Assembly (NCBI RefSeq): GCF_000143415.4
Contig: NW_003314304.1
Location: 1,478,841 to 1,542,840 of the forward strand
Origin: Selaginella moellendorffii
Taxonomy: Eukaryota > Plantae > Lycopodiophyta
DNA length: 64,000 bases
Reading direction: 5' to 3'
Positions within the stretch are counted from its first letter, which is position 1; each line of letters starts with the position of its first letter. Below, piece by piece: positions 9,554-22,078 of the stretch. The notes beneath the pieces were generated by a model. That model had not been told where the DNA came from. It ran no database searches and saw only the letters and a list, made by a program, of their open reading frames with translations. The translations under genes were made by a program, and so were the position numbers.

Positions 9554-11067
9554 CTTCTCTCTTCTTCTCTCTAGTGAAAGTGAATCTATCGATCTGAAGT
9601 TCAAAGCTTGCAAGATTCACAAGCTTTCAAATCATGCTCGATCTTCTTCCAACTTAGAAAAAGGAATGACGTACGTACCTGAGACGAATATTTCTTACAA
9701 ACTACTCGAGAGAAACTAGCTAGAACAGCCGGGGAGTGGAAGAACTTGTGGGCGCAAGCGATTCCACGAGGATTCCAGCACCAGCAGCACCAGCATTGCC
9801 AGCGCCAAGAGGAACGAGGAAAAAAAGAGAAAAAAACGAAGAGAGGCAAGTTTGCGCGAGAGGAGAGGAGGAGGAACAAACGCAAACGCCGCAGGACCGA
9901 GCGAGCGAGATGCCTCAACTAAAACCAGTTTAAATACTAGGACTTAGAAAGAAAACCTCGCTCGCTCGCGGCTATGGAGGAACGAGGAGGACGCCGTTTC
10001 GAATCTTTGTCGTCTCGATCGATCGACAGCTTTTCACTCCCTCTTTTTACCAGCCAGCGATCCATCTTTCCCGGCTAAGCGCTCTTTCTTTCTAAGACGA
10101 TACGGCCCTGGCCGCATTGAAATCCACCTGGTCGGTGCCAGGGAAGAAATTAATTCCTCCAAGCGGAGAAGAGCGTTCTCTTTCCCACACTATAGTTTGC
10201 TCGCTCGCTACTGCCGCGCTGATACACTGTTCTTCCTCCTGGCTGGCCTCCTCTTTGCATTATCCAGGATTGCTTAGAAACTTAAAACGATGGAAAGCTC
10301 TCTCTCTTTCTCGGCGATGGATGGATCATGCGGCCACAATAACTACTTGAACATCCACCCGCCAGCCCATTTCCAGCCCCAAAAGCTTTTAAAGGGAAGA
10401 CGACGTAACGAGAACCATAGCCATGCCACAATGGCCAAAAACTCTTTTTCTTCCCCCTTGTTCTTGGTGGTGGCAGCATTGATTGGGAAAAAGAGAGAAA
10501 AAAAAAGGTGGAAAACTCTTTGTTCTAACTTCTAACATGGACATTCCCTCTATTATTAGGTCAAGTACCACGCAAAAAGGTGGCGCGGTGATTATAAAGT
10601 CCCATCCACCAACAACTCAGCACCACACACAGTCCAGTGGTGGAACTTAAATGAGTCCACATGTTGGTTGAATGTCCCAACCATTTACATCACGCGAGAG
10701 TGAGGTCAACGCCATCCATCCACGTCTCGGGGTTGGATCATCAAAGTTGCCACCAAGTTACGCTCCAAATCGTGATCTCTCTCGCCTGGCAAGGAATCCC
10801 AGCGACCAATCAATCCTGTCCATCGATCGAGCTAAAGAAGAAACGATGCGGAGCGGGAGAGAGAGACGCTCAAACCGCTCGCATTCATTGCTTTTTGGCG
10901 GAAGAGAGGCTCCGAGAGAGCGAGCACCACATCGATTCTCTCACGCTTCTCTCGGATCTCCTCCGATCTGATCTCTTGTAGCTTCCTGTGTATAGTAGAA
11001 AAATAGTTTTTCTTTCGGAAAGTTGGTCTCTTTCGATTTTTACCGGTGTTAGTAGCTCGGCTCCGGA

Positions 11068-12306
11068 TTAGCGCCAGTGCTCTTGCATCTTGACGTCGTC
11101 TTGCTTCATCATCCTGCCGTAGTCTTCGTGGTTGTACTCGCAGTTACCGCGGCCTCCAAAGGACGTGTCCAGCTTCTCCATGTCAAACACGTCCTCGAGC
11201 AGCTTGACGCTGTCGGGATCCTTGCTGTAGACGAACTTGACTTTCTTGTAAGTCTTGGGATCCAAGAATGGCTTGACTAGCTGCAACGCAAAGCAACAGC
11301 CACGAGTTATTGACCATGCAAGCGGAAAAGAAGAAGGGAACTCGAAACTTACAGCCCAGAATGCCTCGAAGATCCGGGGGGGATTGTAAAGAATCGCCAC
11401 GCCCAGCCTCTCGGGATAGTGGTTCTGCAAAACATTAGCGGTCTCGCGAGCGGCACTGAGGGGAACGGAGTTAGAGACGCTCCAACCGTGGAAGTCAATG
11501 AGCCACACCATTTGTTCCTGGTCGGGTGGCAAGTTCAGAACAGCATTCTCCAGACAGTACACCAGCTGCCGTATCTGACCATTTTGATCCTTGGTGTTCT
11601 GTGCCATCGAGAGAAAAGCCAAAAACAAGGTGAGGAGAAAAGCTGCCAGATCTTAACTCTCGACCAACAGAAAGAAGTAAAGGAGTACCTGTCTCGCAGG
11701 CCGCATTATAAGAATCGCTCTCCCGTAGTTGTCCACGAAATTGGCTCTATACACCTTGCCTGTCTCGGATTCAATGGCTATGTCCTCCTGGAAAACGAAA
11801 ATTCATCGATCAACATCAGCAACGAGGACAGAGAGAAAAGAAAGAAAAAGAAAACCAACAAGCAGAAGAAAAGCTTGCCATGGATTTAAGATCTCACCCA
11901 GCGGATGCTTTCTGGCTTGAAAGTCGCCCTCCACTTTAAAGAATCTTTAAGCATTTTCTCGGCCTTCTTTAGATTCCAGTTCCGGGCTCGCAGGTAGCGC
12001 TTGAGGCACGCGTCGGTGCAGTAGCGCTGCGATTTGTCGGTGAGAGAACCCAGCGCCGACCGCAGGCTATCCACCTGGAAGAAGGAGACGGTGATCGGAA
12101 GTAGAGAGGCTATGGAATCACTTCCGCAAGCTAGAGCTAGAGTAAGAGATAGAGATTATTACCTTTGCTTGCTCTTCCTCCGGAGAGGCTGGGTCGTCGC
12201 CCTTGCTCCGATTCCTCCAGATTGACGAGCGAGGCGATGGATGCTGCGGCGGCTGCTCCGATCCCTCGCGATCCGGCTCTCCATTCCTCTTTTTCTTGCT
12301 CGCCAT
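11068..12306 (-). CDS. SEC14/CRAL-TRIO lipid-binding protein, about 5 exons
   Basis: CTDACLKRYLRARNWN (CRAL-TRIO N); LVYCLENA, WLIDFHGW, LQNHYPERLG, VKPFLDPKT. Confidence 0.9.
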
Positions 12307-12403
12307 CGCTGTGGAGTAAAACCCTAGCGCCAAGAACAGGAAGCTTGGATCTGTGCGTGGTGAGTGCTGGCTATACCCTTGCTTGACTTCAGCAGGTCTA
12401 CAA

Positions 12404-12429
12404 CACGTGGCACGTATCTTCCACGTGGC
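12404..12429. promoter_or_regulatory. G-box/ABRE cluster in a ~200 bp divergent promoter
   Basis: CACGTGGC at 12404 and 12422, CACGTA between them. Confidence 0.5.
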
Positions 12430-12509
12430 GCGTTTCCATTCGCCGAAAGTGGAAGAGCCCTAATTTTTTGAATTTTATTTGCTCTAGGGTTCGTGACGCT
12501 TTTGGAGGA

Positions 12510-15500
12510 ATGGCTGTGCCGAGGGCGCAGCTCGAGGCGTGGCTGATCGACACGGCCAGTCCCGATGATGCATTGAGATCCTCTGCTACTGCCGCCATCG
12601 CGAGCGCCGAGGCCGTCACTGGATTTGCCGAGTGCCTTCTCGCGATTTCCGCAGGTAAAATCCCTTGCATTGTCTCAGCTCCTCTCTTTCTGAATCGCTT
12701 TCGCGCAGATCAGAATGGGACGCAGGCGATTGCCGCCGCGACGTATTTCAAGAATTTTTTGCGAGCGCATTGGGCCCAGAAGGAAAAGATCCGTGGCGCC
12801 GAGCGTAAAAATCTGAGAGAACAACTCTTGGAAGTGCTTTTGCGAGTGGATTCTATTGTTCTCAATCTATTGACAGAAGCTGTAAGTTCTTAAGTTTATC
12901 GGATCGGAGAGATGTTCTTCTGACATGGTTTTTTTTTTCCAGTTTCGAATTGTTGCTTCTCATGATTTTTCGGGCCAGGAGAAGTCATGGCAAGAGCTCG
13001 TTCCAGCGTTGCACAATGCGGTCAAGAACAGTGATCTTGTTGCTGATGTATCCACTGCTCCTCCTTACAAAACTCTGAATGCTCTTCTTGCAATTCAGGC
13101 CATCACCAAGCCATTCCAGGTGCGTATGAGAGAGGTCTCCTTTTAACGTTCTAATTGCAAAGCTATTGTTATCAGATGTGATTCGGGACTTTTGTATTGC
13201 AGTACTTTCTCGATCCTACTGTTGCGAGAGAACCTGTTCCGCCGCTTCTGGAACTCATCTCGAGGGATTTGCTTGTGCCGCTTCACGGGTTTTTCCACCA
13301 CCTTGTTGAACAGGTAAAAGTGCGCGTGCACTGAAAGTTCTTTTAACTCTTGCTCTGATATGAAGGCCTTAAAGTCAAAAGAGAAAGGATTTGCGCCACA
13401 TGACAACGTCTTGCTTGTGATTGCAAAGACTTTTCATCTCGCTGTAAGATCGCTCTCTCTCCAAGTTTTTCCATGTGTATCTTTGCTTTACAGATAGGAT
13501 CCCATATGCCAGCAAGTGTACTTTCCTGCCTCAAAATTTGGATCGGAGATGTTCTCGCGCTGCTGGACATTGTCAATGTCGATCAAACCATGGACCTTTC
13601 GGAACAATCTTCTAGACTGAAGGTTTGGAAGCGTTGCTTACAGATATGCTGTACACTGGTTGCACGACATCGAAAACACACCGAACAGTATGTTGACAGT
13701 TTCTTTCGCTATTCTGAGGAACTGATTGGATGCCCGACTCAGATTCTTATCAGCCATTTCCGCTGCATCGCTAAAGATTGTAAGCAGCCACACAACAGGA
13801 AAGGTATTTGTATGCGCATTCGAAGACAATAGTAAACAAGTGTCTCATACAGGATATTCATGTTGCGCAAGAGCGGATTATATCCTTGGCGTTTGATTTG
13901 CTGGCGAACATCCTAGAAACTGGGCCTGTAGGCTTTTCTGCTCTCGCATTTTGTAGCTTGACTCGCAAATGGTTTGTCAGGGATGGCGACTTTTGTCCCC
14001 ACAATTTTCTTCTCTGTTGGAGAAATCTATAGTTTCGGCTCTGGTGCTGAGACAAAAGGTACAATGCAAGTTGATCTGTCTCACCGTTTACTTTAAAAAT
14101 TTCTGTAGGACGTTGCTGATTGGAACGATGATGAAGATGAATACTTGCGGAAAAATCTCCCCTCTGACCTGGTAAAACTTCTCAGCTGTCAATTTTCATA
14201 CCGTAACTTGTGATATTTAGGACGAGTCGTGTGGTTGGAGGGACGATTTACTGACACCAAGGAGGAGTGCTTTGAATCTTCTTGGGGTTATTGCCACGTC
14301 AAAGGCAGGTATTCTTGCGGGACCTGTGGATTTTTGACATATGCCTGTGAAAGAAGCAGGGACCTGCTGGTGCTGGGAAGACACCAAACAAACGCAAGAA
14401 AGGGAAAAACAAGGATGGGACAGCAGGAGAATTACTAGTCATGCCATATCTGTCTCGATATCCTCTACCAACTGACGGCACGTGTTTTGAATCAACTGTA
14501 AGGTAGTACGCGCTACGTCCTAAAGGAGGTTGTAAACTGTGACTATCACTGTTTTGCAGCTACTTCGGAGTTTTGCTCGCATATGGCGCCCTTCAGCAGG
14601 TATGACTTTCTTATCTCTTACTCTCAGATTGTCTTAGTCTGTCCTATCGTTTGGCAGTTTTTTAAGTCGCAGTCGGCCGAGTATCTGAAAATGATACTCC
14701 TTTCAAGAGTTTTTCCTATATATTCTTTGACGCCTCCGTCACCTTTCCTGCTAGCAAATGCGAACTGGCTACTTGGGGAATTGGCAACTTGCTTGCCTGA
14801 GGTTTGAGCAACTCAAGGCGTTGACTAAGCTCTTCTGTGTTTCATTAGGATCTGAAGCAGCCAGTGTTTGACTCCCTGATATCCGCGATGCTGGCTGAGA
14901 ATGTTGGAGGTGTGTCCTGGAGACCTGTACGTGCGTCTGCTGCTGCTGCTCTCGCAGCTCTTCTTGAGGTCTTTTACGAAAAAATTCGTGATCGTCAATT
15001 TAACAAGGAAAAAAAAATTCTCAGGAGGATTACAAGCCAGTGAAATGGTTTCCGTTGCTGCAAGCGATCGTTTCTTCTGTCAAATCTGGTGCCGATGATG
15101 CCAGGCATGCGCTACAGCTACTGACGACTACTGTTGAGACTGGAGAAGAGGATGCTGCTGTACATGTGCCGTACCTTGTTGTGTCGATCAAAGACGAACT
15201 TCTGAGGCATCTCCCTGCTCCTCCTGACTTACAGGTTAGCCTCATTGCTTTTAATGTCTCTTATGCTTCCACTTGTGGTGTAGGTAGTGGAGCTTGGCTT
15301 CTCTTCAATGGCTGCATTAGCGCATTGTTGGGACTCTGCAGAACCAGGTGTCAGTAAGAAAGATGAGGAGCCTATAAAGAACTGGAGAGAAGGCTGCATA
15401 ACGTTAAGAAATACATTTGCGCAGCTTTTGCAACGTGCGTGGATCTGTTCGCCCGAGGTATACTTGGTCGTGGGATGTTATAGTTCTTACGTTTAAAAGT

Positions 15501-16962
15501 ACGATGCAGAATGACGCGGAGCAAGTAAAGACACCTCCGTCGTGCTTAAATGACGCGTCGGTAATTCTCGGATGCCTCGTCAAGCATACATCGGATTCTA
15601 GCGATATGACGAGGCTTAAGATTGAGCGCCTGGTGCAAGTCTGGGCCGATTCTATAGCTGATTGGAATGCGTGGGACGAAGAAGAAGACTTGGCAGTTTT
15701 TGATGCCATGGAGGAGATTATCGCTTTCAACGTAAAGCTCTCTACTGCTCGTTGTTTTCTCAATTGCGTACTAAAATCCTTTAAACTTTGACAGGCAAGA
15801 TGTCCACTGCAGCAGTTTTGTGTCGCAGAAACGCCGTTACCTCCAGCCCCTCCAGTGCCGCCTCGTTCCATTCTGGAAGGAATGGCTGCTTTCGTAAGCT
15901 CGGGGATGGAATCTGCATACGCTGCTGCTACATGGCGGGCTTGCAGACTTTCCCATACTCTGCTACATTCGACGTCGGTGTCTTTCGAGGGCGAGGCTGC
16001 AGTGAAGCTGTTGGTGTGTCGATTCACCGAGGCGGCATTCGGACGGCTAACAGAGCTTTCGAGTTTCAACGTCCCATTGGCAAAGCCTCTCATTCTTGTC
16101 ATTTCATCGTGCTACGTCGGGCTGCCGGACATAGTTGAGAAAGTTTTGTCAGTGGCTGGAAAAACGAAGGATGTCACAGAGCCTTTCCTGCAATGGGCCG
16201 AAGCTATGGCAACACTGGCAGATATAGACGCTGATCCTGGCCTTGTTCTTGAAACTGAGCTCAAGCTTGGAGGTAGGTATCAACGACTGATCATATTAGG
16301 CCTTACATTTTCTTGACGTTAATGCAGTTATGTGCCTGCTGAAACTTGTCGATCGCTTGGCCAACAACGGGACAACGGAGAAGATCGCCGGCAAGTGCCT
16401 TGAGTCACTACTAGATGCTGCGGTACGCCTTAAAGAAGCTCAACAGACGAATAAAGCAGAAGGCGAGGAAGACGGTAACGAAGACGACGATACCAATGAC
16501 AACTCAGAAGAGTACTCGGAGGTGATGAACCTAAACTTAATGTTCTCTACGTAACTCAAATCTGTCGGTTCGCTTTCGTTAGGAGGTGAGCGACGAGGAA
16601 GACGAAGAGGAGGAGCGCGAGGAAACAGAGGACGAGTTTCTGGAACGCTATGCCGAGACTGCGCGAGAGCTGGAGGAAGAAGCTATAGAAGATGCCGAAG
16701 GTGGAACGGAAGAAGACGGTCAAGACATCGAGCTAGGTGCGTGTCATCAAAAGATAATTTCTTGGTGATCCTGAGCGGCTTTGACTTTGCAGGAGTTTTG
16801 GCATTGGCGGATGCGGAGAAGTCCCTGGCCTTGTGCATCCAAAGCCGTGGAGGACTTGTGATGGAACAGGCTCTTGATCCCGACCTGGTTTGCAAGTTTG
16901 TGCAAGCGTTCCCGCATTTAAGCTGCTTGTTCCCGCTCACTAGGTGCAGCGAAACGGGATAG
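12510..16962 (+). CDS. Importin-beta family karyopherin (plant-specific PLANTKAP/SAD2-like), multi-exon
   Basis: IBN_N-like AAATYFKNFLRAHW; WNDDEDEYLRKNLP; FLLANANWLLGEL; acidic ETEDEFLERYA tail. Confidence 0.82.
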
Positions 16963-18374
16963 CCGTAAGTATCTCACGTCTTTGTTCTCATTTTTAAGAA
17001 TGAATGACTTGTGTTCATTCCAGTCCTCGTCACTAGGTATCTGATCGCCATTGAAATTGGATACACAAGAGGTTGCGTGTAAAATCCCTGTTTGTCTATT
17101 TCTTTGTTCTTTTCTTTTCCAGAAATCTCAAGCACAGAAAGCGTGGCCTTCCTAGATTGATGGCTGACTATCTGAGCGAGTCTTTTTGTTGGGACTCTCT
17201 TCCTCGGTTGTGGGAAATCGTCCTAAAATTCAATATTAAAACAAACTAAAACGTTAATGTAAAATACCCATACTTAATTGTCATGCACATATAAACCATT
17301 TTCAGAAAGTATGGAAGATGTTACCTTTCTACTTTTTATACCCAAGATAGATAACTCAAAGATTCAACATCTATGGGATTGGAATTATAGTAAAATAAAA
17401 TTTGGAGTAATTTATTCTTACGGGCTAAAAGTTTGCTTTGTCTGTCACCCCATCCTTGGTTTTCTCTCACAGACTTCTTTGTTTCATCGGCAATCCTCTT
17501 TGCTAAAGATCACTGAATTGCTACTAGTAAAGGCCTATGAGGACTAGCTATATCTAGAGGTTTCATAAAATGCATTGCTTTCAAACATTGAATGTTAACA
17601 AAATATTTTATGAATGAATTTCTTACTACAATAATAAATAAAAACGTTTACATTTCTTGAGACCTAGTAATCTCATTTCTATTTCTCAATTATTATTTAT
17701 ACAACTTTGATTAGCATTAATATGAGCTTTTGAAATCAAGAAGGGTGGTTATCCACAAGAAATAATTTACCATTTTTGTGTTTATTTAGAGCTATACGTT
17801 TAAAAATATCACTCTAAAAATAAACAGTTGTTTATCTTTAAATAATAAATAATTCTAATTGCTATAAAATAAATAAAAATTGGATGTTGACTTAGTATAC
17901 ATCTACAATCTCCATATGTATAAGGTATCTTATTTATCGCAACGGAAAAATAATAATAAATACTTTATATTTAACTCTACATGTTTTAAAGATCCAGAGG
18001 GAACAGTCTTATAATATATTCACATTTATCATATACTAATCCTGGATTTTACCATAGTGGTAGTTGATAAGCTATTTGCCAATATTTGGCAATTTTCTAT
18101 TATATATAAACTCAATTTCTATTAATGATAAGTTAGATAAATTAATAGCAAGCACTAATTAGGTAAGATTATAAAATAAACATATTTCATCAGCACAAGC
18201 CAATCCAATGGTTTAATAATAGTATACCGAACACCTGTGGATATTTTATTTTTAATAAAAGAAAAATAAAAAATATTATTCACAATTAAAATAAAAAAGA
18301 ATATCTTTTAGTTCTGTATTTTAGACTCAAAAATCATTCCAAATAAGTTTTTTCAAGCCAGGGATATCATCTGT

Positions 18375-20235
18375 TGTTTGGTAGACAAAAGGTACAGCAT
18401 TCCCATGTTGATGTTTCTCTCAGCGTTTGTTTTTAAATGCCGGGACACTGGACAATCAAATTCTCCCCTCTCTAACTTGGGTTGATGATGTTTCCTGTAG
18501 AAACTTGTTCTTGTGTATTCATGCTCTAAAATATTGTGCAAGACAACAGGGAACTCCTGGTGCTGACAACACGAAGACAAGAATAAGGATGCTTGAGGGA
18601 CAGCAGGAGCATCGCTTCTTGTCACGGTGCTTGCTTCTTCAAATCATGTAAACAATGCTAGCTATTTGGACCTTTTCTTTCTCATGTTCTCATGTTTTTT
18701 TTTCTTGTCTTGGCAGTTTTTCCAAATCTGAGAACAAATCTGTCATCTTTCCATGTTATGGTCAACTTGAGTGAGCTATATCTTTATTCCATTTCAACGT
18801 TCCAAGCCAGCAGCAATGTATAAAGCGTCTCAGAGCAGCTCGGAGCTCTTTTTGAGATCTGTTACAGTGTGCCTTCATTATCTAGTCATCCTTCTAACGA
18901 GCAAACAAGCTTCTCTCAGGAGCCGGACATATGGTTTGCCGAGACAGGAGAAGAGGACGCGGTTTGTTGTACATGTCCCATGCACGAACTCTCCTCCTGA
19001 ATCGCAGGTTACCACGGCACGGCTCACATACGTGTCTCTTAGTTCTCTCCGTGTGACGCATTGGCAGTGGAGCTTTGGCATCTCGTCAGTGGCTGCATTT
19101 TCGTGGTTTTGGGACTCCACACAGAAGCAGGCCGAAAGGAAGACCGAGGTGTAGACTTTTCATTCAGTATCTCACTTTTTTAAAGCGCCGAAACCAGCGA
19201 TGGTGTGAAGAGTATCGAGCGGTGCCATAGTTTTCAGGCCGTGGAAGTGTACTGACGAGCTCGGAGATATTTCTCTCGTCTCGTGCTGCATTCTTCCGGG
19301 GTACGTGTCTTTTGAGAAAGGGGCTGCAGCAGTGAAGATGCTGGTGTGTCGATTCGCAGAAGCGGCATTCGGACGGATAGCAGAGCTTTCGAGTTTTCAA
19401 CATCTCATTGGCGAAGCCTCTCATTCTTGTCATTCCATCTTGCTACGTTGATGGAACAAGTTTTGTCAGACTCGGGCGTGCCTTCCTGCGGTGGGCCGAA
19501 AGCCATGTCGACAAGGCTGGCAGACAGCGACACTGATCCTAAGCTCGGAGGAAGAGCATTAAGACCAGTGATCAGATCGGGCTTTAACGCTTCTCTTTTC
19601 CTCACGCATGTTTGATGCAGTTATGTGCTTTTGCAGAAACCTGTCGATCGCTCGGCCAACAAACAGGACACCGGAAAAGATTGCTGTGCGCGTTGCTCTA
19701 GATGCTGCAGTACGCATTTAAGAAGGTGCTCAAGGCGAACATACAAAACTTACGGAACTAAAGCTTTGTTCGTGTCGGTTTCAGGAGGGAAGACGAGGAG
19801 GACGAACCATTGACGAAAGGAAGTTTCCGGCCGAGACTGCGAGAAAGCTGGGCGAAGAAGCCCAAGGTGGAAACTGACGAACGAATCTGATGGTCACGCC
19901 AGCGTTTCCTGAAAGGTTTTTCATTCGTTGTCCTTGTGTTTGATGGTGATCGGCCCTTTTGACTTTGCAGGAGGCTAAGTTTCTCTCAGAGCTGTGGACG
20001 ACGATTCGTGGTGGTAAGTTTGAAAGTTTGTGGGAACGTCCCAGGTACGTTTCGAAATTCTCACTCTAGTCTCGGCTTTGTTTGAAGATTCTTAGTTGGT
20101 TTTCGTCTCTCTCTCTCTCGAGTTTCATAGCTTGTTTTTCACTCCTCTCGCTTGAGTTTCATAGCTGGTTTTCATTTCTCTCTCGAGTCTCTTGACTTTG
20201 TTTCTTCTTGGCTCCGAGAATGATTGACTTCTCAC
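18375..20235 (+). pseudogene. Decayed tandem duplicate of the 3' two-thirds of the importin-beta gene
   Basis: Collinear blocks match 14045-17010 (e.g. 18547 vs 14357; 18947 vs 15134; 19322-19450 vs 15995-16118; 19960 vs 16781), with introns retained and many deletions. Confidence 0.85.
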
Positions 20236-22078
20236 TTTGGTGGACTTACAATGCAGTCATGTGGCCACGGCCTGACTTCCAGCAAAGTTTGCAAACCCGG
20301 GACGGCCTGGACGCCACATAAAAGGTAGCTTAGCTTTCCTCCTCTCCTTTTTTTTTTCTCATGCACACTTTTTATATTTTTTTCTTCGCCTCAGGACCAC
20401 TGTCGCCAGATGCATTGCGTATGCCGCGAGAAATCCCTCGAGCAAGACAGTGAATTGCCCCCTCGCTTCACTCGGAGAGCTTTTGCGCCTGTTTAAGTGG
20501 ATAGATTCCAACTCTTTGCTCGCACACATTCCAAGCGAGGCGAGATTTTATGCTACGAGACGCGATATTCCACCCAAGGATTTGAACGAGCGTGAAGAAA
20601 AAAGGGAAGAACACCCAACGAAAAACAAAGAACAACTTACAAAGCATTTTGTGGTCCCCTTGAAAGTTTTTACTCTCGCCACTTGGTATTTGTAAAAGCT
20701 GGAAGCTTTTTAGGTGGTGACGTAGTGGCTTGCCACGTGCCCCACTGGGCAATTGCCGCGTGGCAAGCTAGCTTGCTTTGGTATCATTGGGCGTCATTCT
20801 CCGGTTCTAGAGGAATATAAGTAGCTGCAAATTTGAAATTTTAATTGTGTAAAGGTTGTAAAGGTTCGAATTGATTGATTGATTGATCGATCCATGTGGT
20901 TAATGCTCCTCGACTAAATGAATTAAAATTAATTAATCTAGCCGCACTAGCTTTTAACTAATTGGACGATCGCCAGGCCCATTCGTGTTGATGATGATAG
21001 CAAACATTATAAAAACCATGCAAAAACCTCGATCATCGATACCTTGATTCTTTTGTTACAACGACAACATTGGGGCATATTAAAAAGCGTAGAAAACTCT
21101 AGCAAAGTCGCCGATATTTTTTGCAAGCCAACAAACTCTTCCTCTCTCCTAGAATGTTTGTGTGCTACTGTATCGATACGGGTCAAATTATACACTCCAA
21201 TTGGTAGGTATTTGTACATATCTGCGCAGACTATTTAGGACTATTCAAAGCCATTTCTTGTTATCTTAAAGGCGAAAAAATTTGGCCCTTTTTACTTGAT
21301 TCTCTGATCTATCTTAAGACCTTGTAGTTCATCCATAGCATAGTGGCAAGGAAAAAAATTTGACTCGCTCTCAATCCAGAGCCCCAGAGCCCACTACACA
21401 GGATCTCTCCAATCTGTGATTGATGCCACCATGCTTAGATCATAGCCAGGGACCCATCTTGGGTTTTCTCCAATTTTTCTGATCGATCTTCTCTAGCAGT
21501 AAGCGCGAGAGGAGAGGGAGAGAGGGAGAGAGAGAGAGAGATAGAGCTGTTTAGTTACAAGCCAAAGATCCTAGCATGTAGCTTACAGCAAATAGGATGG
21601 ACGAAAGGAATGGATTTGTGGCTCGATTGTGGAGGAGCTCCAAGCGTGACGTTGGTATTTGGGTTCTTGTGGCACGGCGGCGAGCGAGATCAGCAAATCA
21701 GATTCCAAGCCGGCATTGCTCGATACTTGCATTGTTTCCTTTGCTCCTCCCTCTTTTTTACTAGCAAGATCATCGCTAGCGACACACACACGCCCAACTA
21801 TTTCTTTCTCGTCCCCTCTCTCTCATTTCCTCCCCTGCTTCTTTTTTTTCCTTCGTGTCTTGGTGGTCGGCTTGCTTCGCTGCCTTAAAGAATCCCACTC
21901 GATCGACACGGAGTTTGGAGCGATTTCGTCGCAGGGAATCTCGATCGTTTCAGGGAGAAGGAAAAAAATTGGTTTTTTAGTGTCTAGGTAGCGTGAGAAA
22001 GAAACGAAAAGAGGAAAAATGGGGAAAATTGGGTCGTTTTTTCGGTAGAAGAAGCTCACGACTTTTGGAAGAAAAAAA

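Noticed and set aside
10431-10650. Possible small secreted peptide (MAKNSFSSPLFLVVAALI...)
   Set aside because: Would need a GG splice donor; no recognisable peptide motif
17220-18350. AT-rich tract as a MITE or DNA transposon
   Set aside because: No TIRs or TSD found by eye
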